NCBI GenBank assembly: GCA_022563655.1
Contig: JADFMW010000001.1
Span: 1 to 43,210, forward strand
From: Pseudomonadota bacterium
GTDB taxonomy: Bacteria; Pseudomonadota; Alphaproteobacteria; JAAXGF01
Reading direction: 5' to 3'
Length of the DNA stretch: 43,210 bases
Below the pieces are notes generated by a model. The model did not search any database. It saw nothing but the letters and a program-made list of their open reading frames with translations, and was not told the DNA's origin. A program made the translations under genes and the position numbers. Shown here in pieces: positions 1 to 9,032 of the stretch (within the stretch, counting starts at the first letter, position 1; every line of letters starts with the position of its first letter).

Positions 1-1
1 G

Positions 2-120
2 GCCCCGCCCGCCGCGACCCTGCGGGCGGGGCAGAGACGCCGACAGGCTGCGTCAACGCGCTTGCCCGATGTGCCGCATCGCGCGGCGCACGTTTCCTGG
101 CCTGTCGGCGTCTCTGCCCC
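2..120. repeat. Nested GC-rich inverted repeats downstream of holA: 11-bp stem 2-12/22-32 and perfect 21-bp arms 28-48 / 100-120 (GGGGCAGAGACGCCGACAGGC and its reverse complement) separated by 51 nt
   Basis: Arms read directly and reverse-complemented by hand. The left arm overlaps the first hairpin, so the two structures are mutually exclusive. The element touches the window edge. Confidence 0.75.
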
Positions 121-151
121 GTGACGACCGCATCCTGGTGAGAAATGCGGG

Positions 152-1186
152 CTAAGGCGCTGTGTCAGCGCGCCGCGCGGCCCGCGCGATACGCATCAGC
201 GCCCGCGAGCAGACGAGCGCGGCTGGCGTGCCGGTCGTCTTGCACGCGATCTCGGTCGTGAGCACGATCTCCATCGCGCCGACGAGCCGCCCCACCGACC
301 ATTGGGTCAGCTGGCGCTTGAACGCGTCGGCCACGCTGAAGTGCGGCCGCGGGCGGAGCGATGCCATCGCGGCGTCCGCCGAGTCGCCCCGCGCCACCAG
401 CCCGGCGGCGCGATGCAGCCGTTGCAGGTGCCGCGCCATCGCCCGCAGCAGCGCGACCGGCGCGGCGCCCTCGAGGTAGGCCCGCGCGAGTGTGCGCTCA
501 AGACGCGCGAGGTCGCCGGCCGCGGCGGCGAAAGCCACTCCGTCGAGGGTGATGATCGAGCTGTCGCCGACGCATGCGGCAACCTCGGCAAGGGTGATCC
601 GCCGCTCGCTTCCCATGTAGGTCGTCAGCTTTTCGAGCTCGGCGCGCGTCGCCAGCCGGTCACCGCCCAGCGTCGATTCGAGAAAATCGAGCGCTTCCGG
701 TTCGATGCTGAAGCCCGGTCCGGCAAGCGTTTCCTCGATGAGCCGCCTGAGCCGGACGCCGTCGTCTGGGTAGCAGGGCACGGCCGCGGCGTTGGCGGCC
801 TGCTCGAACAGTAGCCGAAGCCGTGATCGCTTCGCGAGGTCGCCGGCCTCGACGACGACCAGCGCGTCGCCCGCCGGTGCGGCCAGAAACCGTTGAAATA
901 GCTCGGCAAGTGCGTCCGTTATTGGGCGCACGCGCACCACCCTGCGCCCGCCGGTGAACGACAGCGCCGCGGCCTCGTCGGCGAGCCGCGCGGGGTCGTC
1001 GCTGAGCTGCGCGGGCGTCAGCTCGGAGACGCGGAACGGGTCGCCGAGGTCGGGCACGACGCCTCGAGCGAGGGCATCGGCGCGCTCGCGCACGAGCCCG
1101 CCGTCGCGGCCGTAGACGAGAACCGCCCTCGCCGCCGGGTCGGGCCGACGGATGAAGCTGTCGACCCGCGCCCCGGTCAGCTTCAC
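152..1186 (-). CDS. holA: DNA polymerase III delta subunit
   Basis: 344-aa ORF with a HolA-like N-terminus (AVLVYGRDGGLVRE...). Its GTG start overlaps the lptE stop (GTGA at 1183-1186). It sits in the conserved leuS-lptE-holA order. Confidence 0.85.
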   Translation of the reverse strand: MKLTGARVDSFIRRPDPAARAVLVYGRDGGLVRERADALARGVVPDLGDPFRVSELTPAQLSDDPARLADEAAALSFTGGRRVVRVRPITDALAELFQRFLAAPAGDALVVVEAGDLAKRSRLRLLFEQAANAAAVPCYPDDGVRLRRLIEETLAGPGFSIEPEALDFLESTLGGDRLATRAELEKLTTYMGSERRITLAEVAACVGDSSIITLDGVAFAAAAGDLARLERTLARAYLEGAAPVALLRAMARHLQRLHRAAGLVARGDSADAAMASLRPRPHFSVADAFKRQLTQWSVGRLVGAMEIVLTTEIACKTTGTPAALVCSRALMRIARAARRADTAP

Positions 1187-1716
1187 TGGGCCGGTCCGGC
1201 GGCGCCCGCCCGCGGGCGGGCAAAGAAGATGGAGAGCAGCGTGCGAATCTCCTCGCTTACCTCGCGTGCGCCGCGCCGCGCCGTGTCCTGCTCGGCGGTC
1301 AGCGTGGCGAAGTCGGAGCGCGCCGCGTTGTAACTGCCGATCGTGCGCGCCCGGTCGCGGTACAGCGCCTCCCCGGTGCGTGCGTCGATGAGCGTGAAGC
1401 CGACATCGAGCCGCAGGTTGAACCGCGTGACCGTGCTGTCCAGCTGGATGGCGAGCGGCGTGGTGGCCCGCGCCACCTCGAGGCGGAGGTGATACCGGGG
1501 CTGCCGAGGCTCGCCCAGGGGCGTCAGGCGCTTGATCAGATCGGTGCGCAGGAAATAGCCGATGCGTCCCTTGACGGGGGCCACCTTGATCGTGGACATC
1601 TCGGCCAGGGTCTCACGCCCGCGACCCGCGTACATCGGCTGAAAACCGCAGCCGGCGAGCGCGGCGACGGCGGGGAAGATCGTCAGGCCCAGCACCCGCC
1701 GCCTAGACCACAACAT
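1183..1716 (-). CDS. lptE: LPS-assembly lipoprotein LptE
   Basis: Lipobox [10 protein letters not shown] follows a hydrophobic signal sequence. The position between leuS and holA fits. Start trimmed to the ATG at 1716 ([10 protein letters not shown]...), which overlaps the leuS stop by 14 nt. The longer track ORF to 1836 would overlap leuS heavily. Confidence 0.8.
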   Translation of the reverse strand: MLWSRRRVLGLTIFPAVAALAGCGFQPMYAGRGRETLAEMSTIKVAPVKGRIGYFLRTDLIKRLTPLGEPRQPRYHLRLEVARATTPLAIQLDSTVTRFNLRLDVGFTLIDARTGEALYRDRARTIGSYNAARSDFATLTAEQDTARRGAREVSEEIRTLLSIFFARPRAGAAGPAQ

Positions 1717-4267
1717 TGACGATCCGGTTCGGAACCACGACCACCCGGCGCACCGGTCTGCCGCCAACCGCCCGCGCCACCGACGGCTGCGCGAGCGCCG
1801 CGGCCTCCATCGCCTGTTTGCCGGTGTCGCGGTCAAGCTCCAGGGTGCAGCGCAGCTTGCCGTTAACCTGCACGGCGATCGTCACCGTTTGGTCGGCGAG
1901 CAACGCCGGGTCGGCCTCGGGCCACGGCGAGTCGGTGAGCAGGACTTCGTGGCCGAGCGCCTGCCACAGCTCCTCGGCGATGTGCGGCGTCATCGGCCCG
2001 AGCAGCCGCACGATCGTCTCCAGCCCCTCGCGCAGCACCCAAGCGGCGCCTGGCTCGTCGGCGTTGAGCGCCGACAGTGCGTTGCCGAGCTCGCGCACCC
2101 GCGCGATGGCCCGGTTGAAGTGAAAGCGGTCGAGGTCGCCGCTGGTCGCGACGATCGTCTTGTGGATCGCGCGGTGCACGGTCTCGGCGTGGGGGCCGAG
2201 CCGCTCGGCGATGGCGGTCCCCGACGGCGGCAGGGGCAGGGGCGGCTCGGCGACCATCCGCCACAGGCGATTGAGGTAGCGCCAAGCGCCCTCGACGCCG
2301 GCGTCTGTCCACTCGATGTCGCGTTCCGGCGGGCTGTCCGACAGCATGAACAGGCGCGCCGTGTCGGCGCCGAAACTGCCGATGATCGCCGCCGGATCGA
2401 CCACGTTCTTACGCGACTTGCTCATCGCCTCGGAGCGTCCCGTGCTCACCGGCGCGCCCGTCTCGGCGTGGACATACGAGCCGTCTTCGGCGCGGCGCAC
2501 CTGCTCCGGGTACAGCCAGCGGCCGGCCTCGTCGCGGAACGTCTGGTGACACACCATGCCCTGGGTCAAAAGCCCGGTGAACGGCTCGTCGAAGGCGAGA
2601 TAGCCGCAGTCGCGCAGGGCGCGGGTGAAGAAGCGCGAGTACAGCAAGTGCAGGATGGCGTGCTCGATGCCGCCGATGTACTGGTCTACCGGCAGCCAGT
2701 ACGCCACGGCTTTTTTGTCGAGCGGCTGTTCCGACCGGGCGCAGGCGAAGCGAGCGAAGTACCACGACGATTCGACGAAGGTGTCGAAGGTGTCGGTCTC
2801 GCGCCGCGCGGGCCGGCCGCAGTCCGGGCAGTCGACGTGCTTCCACGTCGGATGAAGATCGAGCGGGTTTCCCGGCCGGTCGAAGCGTACGTCCTCGGGC
2901 AGCGTCACCGGAAGCTGGTCCTTGGGGACGGCGACGATGCCACACTGCTCGCAGTGGATGACCGGGACCGGGCAGCCCCAGTAGCGTTGGCGCGAGATGC
3001 CCCAGTCGCGGAGACGGTAGACCGTCGCGCGCTCACCGGAGCCCTCGGCCACCATCCGCTCGGTGACCTCTTGCTTGGCCTCGTCCACGGTCTTGCCGTC
3101 GAGGAAATCCGAGTTGATGGCGACGCCGTCGCCGGTGTAGGCCTCGTCGCCGATGCTTACCTCGGCGGCGGCGGCCCCGGGCGGGGCAATCACCGCAATC
3201 ACGGGCAGGCCGTAGGTGCGGGCGAACTCGAGGTCGCGCTGGTCGTGGCCTGGGCAGCCGAAGACGGCGCCGGAGCCGTATTCCATGAGCACGAAGTTGG
3301 CGACGTAGACCGGCAGGTCGCACCCCTCGATAAAGGGATGGCGCGCGGTGACCACGGTCTTGTATCCCTTCTTTGCGGCCTGCTCGATCGCCTTCTCGCT
3401 GACACCGAGGCGGTTGCACTCGGCGATGAATTCGGCCAGCGCCGGGTCGCTCGCGGCGAGCTCCTCGGCGAGCGGATGATTGGGCGAGATGGCGCAGAAG
3501 GTGGCGCCGAAGATGGTGTCGTGCCGGGTCGTGAACACCTCGAGCCGGTCGCTGCGGCCGTTGAGCGCGAACCACATGCGCAGACCCTCGGAGCGGCCGA
3601 TCCAGTTCTCCTGCATCAGCCTCACCCGCTCGGGCCAGCGCTCGAGCCGCTTGAGCGAGTCGTGCAGGTCGTCGGCGTAGGACGTGATGCGCAGCATCCA
3701 CTGCGGCAGCTTGCGCCGCTCGACCACCGCGCCCGAGCGCCAGCCGCGGCCGTCGATCACTTGTTCGTTGGCCAGCACGGTCTGCTCCGCCGGATCCCAA
3801 TTGACCCACGAGTCCTTGCGGTAGACCAGCCCGGCGGCGAGAAAGTCGAGAAACATCGCTTGCTCGTGCTTGTAGTACGAGGCATCGCAGGTGGCGAACT
3901 CGCGCGGCCAGTCGTAGCTCAACCCCATCGAGTCGAGCTCGCGGCGCATGGTGTCGATGTTTTCGCGCGTCCATACGGCGGGGTGCACCTGGTTCTCGAA
4001 CGCTGCGTTCTCGGCCGGCATGCCGAAGGCGTCCCAGCCCATCGGGTGGAGCACGTTGTAACCGCACGCCCGTTTGTATCGGGCCACCACGTCGCCCAAC
4101 GTGTAGTTGCGCACGTGCCCCATGTGGATGCGCCCCGAGGGATACGGGAACATTTCAAGAACATAATACTTCTTGCGCGTCGGGTCCTCGGTGGCGTGAA
4201 AGCTGCCGCGCGTCCGCCAGATGCGCTGCCACTTCGCCTCGATTTCCTTCGCGTTGTAGCGCGACAT
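1703..4267 (-). CDS. leuS: Leucine--tRNA ligase
   Basis: Class I synthetase motifs are present: HMGH ([15 protein letters not shown]) and KMSKS ([11 protein letters not shown]). Start trimmed to [14 protein letters not shown] at the ATG at 4267. The track ORF extends 29 codons further upstream. Confidence 0.95.
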   Translation of the reverse strand: MSRYNAKEIEAKWQRIWRTRGSFHATEDPTRKKYYVLEMFPYPSGRIHMGHVRNYTLGDVVARYKRACGYNVLHPMGWDAFGMPAENAAFENQVHPAVWTRENIDTMRRELDSMGLSYDWPREFATCDASYYKHEQAMFLDFLAAGLVYRKDSWVNWDPAEQTVLANEQVIDGRGWRSGAVVERRKLPQWMLRITSYADDLHDSLKRLERWPERVRLMQENWIGRSEGLRMWFALNGRSDRLEVFTTRHDTIFGATFCAISPNHPLAEELAASDPALAEFIAECNRLGVSEKAIEQAAKKGYKTVVTARHPFIEGCDLPVYVANFVLMEYGSGAVFGCPGHDQRDLEFARTYGLPVIAVIAPPGAAAAEVSIGDEAYTGDGVAINSDFLDGKTVDEAKQEVTERMVAEGSGERATVYRLRDWGISRQRYWGCPVPVIHCEQCGIVAVPKDQLPVTLPEDVRFDRPGNPLDLHPTWKHVDCPDCGRPARRETDTFDTFVESSWYFARFACARSEQPLDKKAVAYWLPVDQYIGGIEHAILHLLYSRFFTRALRDCGYLAFDEPFTGLLTQGMVCHQTFRDEAGRWLYPEQVRRAEDGSYVHAETGAPVSTGRSEAMSKSRKNVVDPAAIIGSFGADTARLFMLSDSPPERDIEWTDAGVEGAWRYLNRLWRMVAEPPLPLPPSGTAIAERLGPHAETVHRAIHKTIVATSGDLDRFHFNRAIARVRELGNALSALNADEPGAAWVLREGLETIVRLLGPMTPHIAEELWQALGHEVLLTDSPWPEADPALLADQTVTIAVQVNGKLRCTLELDRDTGKQAMEAAALAQPSVARAVGGRPVRRVVVVPNRIVNVVV

Positions 4268-4518
4268 CGCTGACGCCCTGAGTGCCGGGCTTGGAGGGGA
4301 AAGCCGCGCCCGCTGGCCCGCGAGCCGAGGCGCGCGGGGCGCAAATCCTACCACGCCGCGCCGGCGCTTTCCAGCCGTCGCGTGGCCGGGCGATGTCCTA
4401 GTTTGGAATTATTTAATGACGCGTCACGTCAGTGGAAGGGATATTTGCAGCGTTCTATGGCCTAAATGACTGCCGGCACACGATATTGTGTCTCATCACA
4501 ACAAGTTGTGTGCCGGCC

Positions 4519-4547
4519 TGGACTCACGCATAGCAGTGGTGTATAGA
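4519..4547 (+). promoter_or_regulatory. Candidate sigma70-type promoter for the tRNA gene (TGGACT-N17-TATAGA)
   Basis: Hexamers and the 17-nt spacer read directly. It lies about 44 nt upstream of the tRNA 5' end. Motif match only, with no expression data. Confidence 0.3.
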
Positions 4548-4590
4548 CGAAGGACGCCCCGCTCGGCAAGGAGCGAGGCGTCTGGTGGTG

Positions 4591-4667
4591 GTGGCCGTAG
4601 TTCAGTCCAGTAGAACGTCGGATTCGTAATCCGAATGTCGCGGGAGCGAAGCCCGCCGGTCACCCCA
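4591..4667 (+). tRNA. tRNA-Thr (anticodon CGT), CCA encoded, with non-canonical T-loop and D-loop
   Basis: Hand-folded cloverleaf. Acceptor GTGGCCG/CGGTCAC (one G-T pair). D-stem GTTC/GAAC. Anticodon stem TCGGA/TCCGA with loop TTCGTAA. Variable loop ATGTC. T-stem GCGGG/CCCGC. Discriminator C followed by CCA. The T-loop is AGCGAAG instead of the usual TTCGAAT. Confidence 0.75.
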
Positions 4668-4686
4668 CCAATCCTAACTCTACTAT

Positions 4687-4714
4687 GGGCGATCTTCTGA
4701 TCGCCCTCTTTTTT
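4687..4714 (+). terminator. Rho-independent terminator after tRNA-Thr
   Basis: Perfect 8-bp stem GGGCGATC/GATCGCCC with loop TTCT, followed by TCTTTTTT. Confidence 0.8.
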
Positions 4715-4827
4715 GGATGCGCTATATGTTGCGCCAACTAGCAGGAGCTTGTCAATATCTATTTAGGGGGCTAATCAGCTACTAATAAGGCGTGCTCGCA
4801 AAGCCTTCGCTATAGACTCCCATCCTT

Positions 4828-5070
4828 ATGGCCGATACCAAAAAGGATCGAGGAGGTAAGGCGGCACCTTTCAACCCAAGCCTGCCGCGGCGTACGGTCC
4901 GGTATTTAGAACGCCTCACCAAGACTGGCGTGCATGGTAAAACCCCCAGTGAGGTTGCTCGCGTCTTGGTATGGGATGCAATTAAACGATTGCTTGACCA
5001 AGGTGTTATCCCTTGGGAGGTCGATGGGGTTGAAGATGATGAGGAAGACGATCAAGAGGCTGATAGTTAG
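4828..5070 (+). CDS. Small hypothetical protein, possible ribbon-helix-helix DNA binder with acidic C-terminal tail
   Basis: 80-aa ORF in the low-GC islet. The pattern RRTVRYLERLTKTG...PSEVARVLVWDAIKRLL resembles a beta-alpha-alpha RHH fold, and the tail is EVDGVEDDEEDDQEADS. There is no obvious Shine-Dalgarno sequence and codon usage is atypical for the window. Confidence 0.4.
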   Translation: MADTKKDRGGKAAPFNPSLPRRTVRYLERLTKTGVHGKTPSEVARVLVWDAIKRLLDQGVIPWEVDGVEDDEEDDQEADS

Positions 5071-5387
5071 GCCACAATCTCCCAAACCAGATACGCCCCC
5101 GGCCCCGGCTTAGACTCCACCAGCCCATTCTGCCGCTGGTGACGTAGGCACGCCCCGACGCGTTTACCGAGTATGCGCACAAGCTGGTTCATGGCTAAGC
5201 AGCAGTCTTGTTTGTAACCATTATGTCCTCGATTCTCTAGATCGTGATCGCAAGGCTCGCCGCAGCCTGGCCCGCGGGTCAGCGCCGGACAGGGGCGGAG
5301 GGCAAACTCGGACGCCACCGCCCGGGGATTGCCCGCGGGCGCGCGCTAGCCGCGCTACGTCGGCGCGGATCGGTGCGAAAGGCCCGC

Positions 5388-5912
5388 CTACTTGGGAACG
5401 CTGGCGACGCGCAGCTCACGCGCCCGCGTCAGGATGATGTTCTCGAGCTCGCTTGCGGTGTCCCGCTTGACCGCGGCGTCGCTCCACCCACCGTCGCCAT
5501 CGCGGGCCTGGCGGAACACCGCCACCCTGAGCCCGTCGGCGCGCAGCTCGCGGCTTAGGATATAGACGGTCATCTTCAAGCGCTCGTTCGGCGATTCCGG
5601 CGGCGTGTACCAGTCGGTGATGATGACCCCGCCAAGCGTGTCGGCCGAAGCCAGCGGCATGAACGCGAGCGTATCCAGCGAGGCGCGCCACAGGTAAGCG
5701 TTGACGGCGATCGGCGACACCGCAGCGTCACCTCGAGCGGGGCCGCGGTAACGCAGGATGTTTTCGCCGAGCACCTTGCCGAAGTCGCCCTTGCGCCGTT
5801 CCTCGGTGGTCGTCATCTCGTCCGGGTCGACCACGCCCTTGAGGCTCGAACAGCCGGCGGTGACGCCGGCCGCCAACACCGCGCCGAGAATATAAGTCCG
5901 GATTCCGATCAT
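5388..5912 (-). CDS. Lipoprotein, DUF3576-like
   Basis: Signal sequence plus lipobox (VTAGCSS). The conserved block NAYLWRASLDTLAFMPLASADTLGGVIITDWY matches what I recall of the alphaproteobacterial DUF3576 family. Confidence 0.7.
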   Translation of the reverse strand: MIGIRTYILGAVLAAGVTAGCSSLKGVVDPDEMTTTEERRKGDFGKVLGENILRYRGPARGDAAVSPIAVNAYLWRASLDTLAFMPLASADTLGGVIITDWYTPPESPNERLKMTVYILSRELRADGLRVAVFRQARDGDGGWSDAAVKRDTASELENIILTRARELRVASVPK

Positions 5913-5972
5913 GCCCGGAAGTATGCCCGAACTCGGCGGCGAATTTCCAGTGGGTTCTGCGGGAGCGCGCGC

Positions 5973-6002
5973 AAAAGGGGCGGCGGCAAACGCCGCCGCC
6001 CC
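5973..6002 (-). terminator. Rho-independent terminator of the porin gene
   Basis: Perfect 11-bp stem GGGGCGGCGGC/GCCGCCGCCCC with a 4-nt loop. On the minus strand it is followed by TTTT. It lies 27 nt after the porin stop. Confidence 0.8.
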
Positions 6003-6028
6003 TCGCGCGGGCGAGCTTTGGGCGACCG

Positions 6029-7336
6029 CTAGAAGCTGACCTGGGCGCCGAGCATGAACACGTCGCCCACGTTCTCCTCGTCCGGAGGGGCGGTGAGAGT
6101 CTGACCATCGCCAGCATTATCAAAGGCTACGCCCTGGAAGACCCGATCAACCTCGATGTGGTCGTACTCCGTGTAGAACTTCAAGCCCGGCGCCAGGACG
6201 TACTCGGCGCCGACGGTGTAGATGTCGATCTCGGTCTCGTGGGAGAAAAAGTTCACGTCGAGCTCCGCGCCGCCGATGAAATCGCCGAGCCGCCACTGCC
6301 AGCCTTGGGATTCGCTCCTGAAGTAGCCGAGGTGGGCGGCGAACGGACCGGTCCTATAGCGCGCGGCCGCGGTCCAGAACTGGTAGTCGGGATCTACGTT
6401 CGCCAGGACAAAGCCAGACTCGGCGTTCAGCAACGGCGCGAGGTCGCCGAACGATAGCGAATCGCCGCTTTCTCCATACCCGCCGCCGAGGGCGAAGCCG
6501 CCCCAGCCGATCGTGCCGCCGGCCTGCCACGAGAAGACGTCCTCGATCTCGAAAGGCACTAAACCGGCATCATCCAGTTCCGATCTAATTTGCCTGGTTT
6601 CGGCGTCGGCCCAAATGGCGATGGCCGAGGCGGCCAGGTTGATGCCACCGAAATTGCGCACGAAGTTGACGCCGGCGGCGACGTTGGTCTCGGTATCGAC
6701 GGCAAACGGAGTGGGATTGAAAACCGATCTGCCAGAAGCCCTCAGATCGATGCTCTTGATCCTGCTCCTGTCCTCGCCCAGGTCATGCCCGCTGTCGGGC
6801 GTGAAGCTGACGCCGGCCTGGATGCCCAGGAAGCGCGGGGTGAAATAGCTGATCTTGGTGGCGTCTTCGGTGTCGCCGACGAGATCCGGGCCGCGCGGGA
6901 AAGCGCCGAGGAAGTCGAACCCGCTGCCGAGACCGCCGTCGAACCCGGACTGGCCGATCATCAGGTTCTCGCCGGCGTAGGTCATGACCTCTTCGACGCC
7001 GTCATCGTCGCCGAGCCGCATGGTGCCCCAACCGCCCGAAAGCTGGATGCGGGCTTCATCGGTCCCCACGTCGCCGCTGCGCTCGTCGATATCCAACTCG
7101 ATCTTGAGGCCATACCTCAGGCCGTTGTCCGCCCTCGCCCTGGCTATGAAGCGGATCTCAGCGTCGTCGATCTCGAAGTGTTCGACGCGCGCCAGGTCCT
7201 CGTCCTGATCGTCGAACCACATCTCGAACTTGACGTGACCGCTGATCGAGAGATCCGGGCCCTGGGCGGCGGCACCAGCCGCCATCAGGAGAGACACTCC
7301 GAGGATTGCCGTGGATCCCAAAAGATTTTTTTTCAT
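6029..7336 (-). CDS. Outer-membrane porin (beta-barrel)
   Basis: Signal peptide MKKNLLGSTAILGVSLLMAAGAAAQG. The sequence is rich in alternating Gly/aromatic/acidic residues and ends in a C-terminal Phe (...LGAQVSF). A strong AGGAGG Shine-Dalgarno precedes the ATG. Confidence 0.85.
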   Translation of the reverse strand: MKKNLLGSTAILGVSLLMAAGAAAQGPDLSISGHVKFEMWFDDQDEDLARVEHFEIDDAEIRFIARARADNGLRYGLKIELDIDERSGDVGTDEARIQLSGGWGTMRLGDDDGVEEVMTYAGENLMIGQSGFDGGLGSGFDFLGAFPRGPDLVGDTEDATKISYFTPRFLGIQAGVSFTPDSGHDLGEDRSRIKSIDLRASGRSVFNPTPFAVDTETNVAAGVNFVRNFGGINLAASAIAIWADAETRQIRSELDDAGLVPFEIEDVFSWQAGGTIGWGGFALGGGYGESGDSLSFGDLAPLLNAESGFVLANVDPDYQFWTAAARYRTGPFAAHLGYFRSESQGWQWRLGDFIGGAELDVNFFSHETEIDIYTVGAEYVLAPGLKFYTEYDHIEVDRVFQGVAFDNAGDGQTLTAPPDEENVGDVFMLGAQVSF

Positions 7337-7683
7337 GGTACCGGCGCCTCCTGTTGCCCCCGCCTAGAACAGCCTTGGTGAAGCGCTTATAGCCACCCCA
7401 AGGCACCGCGTCCGGACGATCCGGTAGACGCGGGCCAAGCCGTGCAACCAGGCAATCAAACAGCGAGATTGTCCTCTTGGCAAGAGCAAAGGCAGCCACG
7501 ACCGAAAAAATATTTATTTTGTGACATTTTAGCAACACGCCGCCTATCTTCCCCGTGCGGGCCCGCGAGGGCCCGCGAGCGGTGGCGGCAGGCGTGGAAC
7601 CCGGCCAAGAGAGTGAGCTGGCAGGGGCTTTCGCCGGCGCCGCGCGCGTCGCGGAAGCGCTGGGCGGATACCCGTTTGGGCTT

Positions 7684-7712
7684 CCGTCCCCGGCATCGGG
7701 GAGGCGGTTTTT
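7684..7712 (+). terminator. Orphan plus-strand intrinsic-terminator-like hairpin plus T5
   Basis: The stem CCG-TCCCCG / CGGGGA-(GG bulge)-CGG has loop GCAT and is followed directly by TTTTT. No credible plus-strand CDS lies upstream. Confidence 0.4.
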
Positions 7713-7733
7713 CAGCGTCCCGGTGCGGGCCGG

Positions 7734-9032
7734 CTAGACCGCCTCGATCACCTTCATGGCGACGAGATCGCGCAGCATTTGCGCGCGTACCTCGCCTGTC
7801 TGGCCGGGAAACGCGGCGTCGAGTTCGGGCAGGGAGAACCGCTCGCGCGCGATTACCCATGTCACGAGCCTGTCGCCGCCAGGAGGTATGGCGACGGTCC
7901 CGGCCTTGCCCTCGAGGCTCCATCCGGCGCCCCGCCGGACGACCTTGAGGCCTTTCGCGCGGACCCGGTAGCGCGCGGCCGTCGCCGCCTCGGGCAGGTC
8001 GAACCCGCCGCGGCGATACTTGAAATTACGGTGGAATTGCCGGACCTGTTCGATTGCCTCCGGGCTCGCTGCGATTTCGCCGAGGCGCGCGGCGAGGAGG
8101 CGCAGGTGGGCGGCGATCGCATCGTCGCCGTCATCGCGGGCGGGCCGCGGTGCGGTGGCCCGGAACAGCGGGTCGTCAATCGCCCGATCGAACAATGCAG
8201 TGAGATAATCTATGCCGATTACCGAAGTCAGGCCGAAGGAAACGTGGACGGCGCCGTCGCTCGAGGCGAGCGCGTCGTGGTACTGGCCACGGGGAATGTA
8301 GAGCAGGTCGCCGGGCCTGAGAGAAACCTCCATCAGCACGCCGCCCTTGGCCTTTTCGTGGTAGTCCCGGCTCAGCGTCTTGAAGCGCGGATGGGCGATG
8401 GGGGTGTCGAGGCGACCCTTGTAAATGCGCCACACCTTTTCTCCTTCAGCGTGCATGGCGTAGACATCGTGAGTATCGAAGTGCACGGCGAACGCCTGAC
8501 GCTCGCGCCACGAGCAGTAGAGGTTGGCCTGCGCCTTGGCGCCCAGCGCCTCCTCGAAAGCGCGGGCGGCGGCGGCGAGGTCGGGCGTGAGGGTGTCGAT
8601 GTCGTTGGCCACGAGCGACGCGCCCTGGCGCAGCAGCATGTGCACCCGCTCGGGGTCGGGCTGCATGATGTGCTGGTTGTTGCGGTCGATGGCGGGACGG
8701 CAGTAGCGGTCCGCAGGAACGACCTCTCCGTCCAGCACCATCGGCAACGAGGCCGAGGTCCAGATCGCCGTCATGTCGAGGAGCTCATTGAGCTTGCGCC
8801 ACGACATGAAGCGGGCGAACTTGTCGGGCCGGCCGCGGATGTGGAGCGGCTTCTTGCCGTGGTGCTCGGCGAAGAACGCCTCGGGCGGCATCGGGTCAAG
8901 GATGTCGGCGAAGCCGACTGCGGCGGATGCACCGCTCATAGCGATCCTGGTCAGGCTCTCGACGTCACCTGAGGCGGAACCGGTGCACGATCCCGCAGGC
9001 CCGATCTTCATTGAGCGCGCGTTGGCCGTCAA
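7734..9032 (-). CDS. JmjC/cupin-4 family Fe(II)/2-oxoglutarate oxygenase (ribosomal-oxygenase-like)
   Basis: An HxD...H facial triad is visible (HFDTHD ... AVHVSFG), along with the cupin core LRPGDLLYIPRGQYHDA. The start is uncertain: 9032 or the internal ATG at 8939 (MSGASAAV...). Confidence 0.7.
   Translation of the reverse strand: MTANARSMKIGPAGSCTGSASGDVESLTRIAMSGASAAVGFADILDPMPPEAFFAEHHGKKPLHIRGRPDKFARFMSWRKLNELLDMTAIWTSASLPMVLDGEVVPADRYCRPAIDRNNQHIMQPDPERVHMLLRQGASLVANDIDTLTPDLAAAARAFEEALGAKAQANLYCSWRERQAFAVHFDTHDVYAMHAEGEKVWRIYKGRLDTPIAHPRFKTLSRDYHEKAKGGVLMEVSLRPGDLLYIPRGQYHDALASSDGAVHVSFGLTSVIGIDYLTALFDRAIDDPLFRATAPRPARDDGDDAIAAHLRLLAARLGEIAASPEAIEQVRQFHRNFKYRRGGFDLPEAATAARYRVRAKGLKVVRRGAGWSLEGKAGTVAIPPGGDRLVTWVIARERFSLPELDAAFPGQTGEVRAQMLRDLVAMKVIEAV

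Noticed and set aside
1889-4273. 794-aa plus-strand ORF covering almost all of leuS in antisense
   Set aside because: It is Arg/Ala/Gly/Val-rich with no recognisable motifs. It exactly shadows a bona fide synthetase gene, which is a typical high-GC antisense artefact.
5067-5318. 83-aa Cys-rich minus-strand ORF convergent with the small RHH-like ORF
   Set aside because: It has a GTG start with no Shine-Dalgarno sequence, straddles the GC transition and matches no recognisable family. It is kept only as a remark under the low-GC islet finding.
7559-7578. GGGCCCGCGA x2 tandem duplication upstream of the porin region
   Set aside because: It has only two 10-bp copies of simple GC-rich sequence. 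That is too short to distinguish from chance in this genome.
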